From IMG/VR virus record IMGVR_UViG_3300033233_000045, positions 1 to 57,467 of that record: a stretch of 57,467 nt of DNA; one strand, given 5' to 3'. This DNA is from a virus. Lineage: Duplodnaviria; Caudoviricetes. How positions within the stretch are numbered: position 1 is the first letter of the stretch; the number at the start of each line of letters is the position of its first letter. The translations under genes were made by a program, and so were the position numbers. Below are positions 57,042 through 57,467 of this stretch, one piece after another. Below the pieces are notes generated by a model, which worked only from the letters and a program-made list of their open reading frames with translations, did not search any database and was not told where the DNA came from.

Positions 57042-57329
57042 CCACACGCCTCCTTGCTCGACAACCTGGGAGCCTAAGACTCCTTCATGTACATGATCAT
57101 GTACCAAATCTTGACCACAGCCTTGATGAAGTACATGTATAGATACACTACGCGCTTCCGTGGAGGCGACGAGCAGGGACGCGGCCGCGCGCCGCCCCAT
57201 CCACTTGAGGAAGCGTCCGCAGGCCGCGCACCAGGCGCCCGCGCCATGCAGGGCATGAGGCCGATATTCTGCTCGGTCCGCGCCGCATCTCGGACACGGC
57301 GGCGTCAACGGTCTACTGTTCGCCCCCAC
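57042..57329 (-). CDS. Zinc-finger coding segment in frame with the SSAP gene (no intervening stop)
   Basis: CPRC...WCAACGRFLKW; GAGG before the GTG start. Confidence 0.45.
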
Positions 57330-57340
57330 CTCTTCGCTTT

Positions 57341-57467
57341 CGGTCTAATCGAGACGGGAGGAACAAATCGCATTTTCCGTGGACTGATGGATTCTTGGAC
57401 TCCGGTCTAATCGAGACGGGAGGAACAAATCGCATTTTCCGTGGACTGATGGATTCTTGGACTCCGG
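57341..57467 (+). repeat. Terminal copy of 1-127 (circular overlap)
   Basis: Exact match to 1-127. Confidence 0.95.

Overview
The window is an apparently complete circular genome (about 57,340 bp; bases 1-127 are identical to 57341-57467) of a high-GC, lambda/HK97-like tailed phage. It may be temperate or a phage-plasmid, and the host cannot be determined from the sequence. Minus-strand early and replication genes wrap around the join: SSAP-like protein, PD-(D/E)XK nuclease, ParB-MT-A70 methylase, DUF5131, NrS-1-type primase-helicase beside an iteron-like origin, HTH regulators and a tyrosine recombinase. A lone plus-strand beta-clamp (dnaN) sits among them. A plus-strand late region (10-50.6 kb) carries lysis-like genes, terminase, portal, protease/scaffold, capsid, neck, two tail-tube paralogs, a -1 frameshift chaperone, a short tape measure protein and many fibre/spike genes. 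Most notable: (1) a ~410-nt highly structured plus-strand non-coding region at 53.4-53.8 kb; (2) one ~90-aa N-terminal module shared by four scattered virion genes; (3) a beta-helix/discoidin/CAP gene trio in which the middle gene looks like a chimera; (4) a capsid N-terminus mimic inside the prohead protease; (5) a lysis cassette with only an M15 peptidase remnant next to a degenerate CAP protein; (6) a candidate autoregulated DUF6745/RQGDV/RHH operon. All family calls are by-eye motif recognition; no database searches were run.
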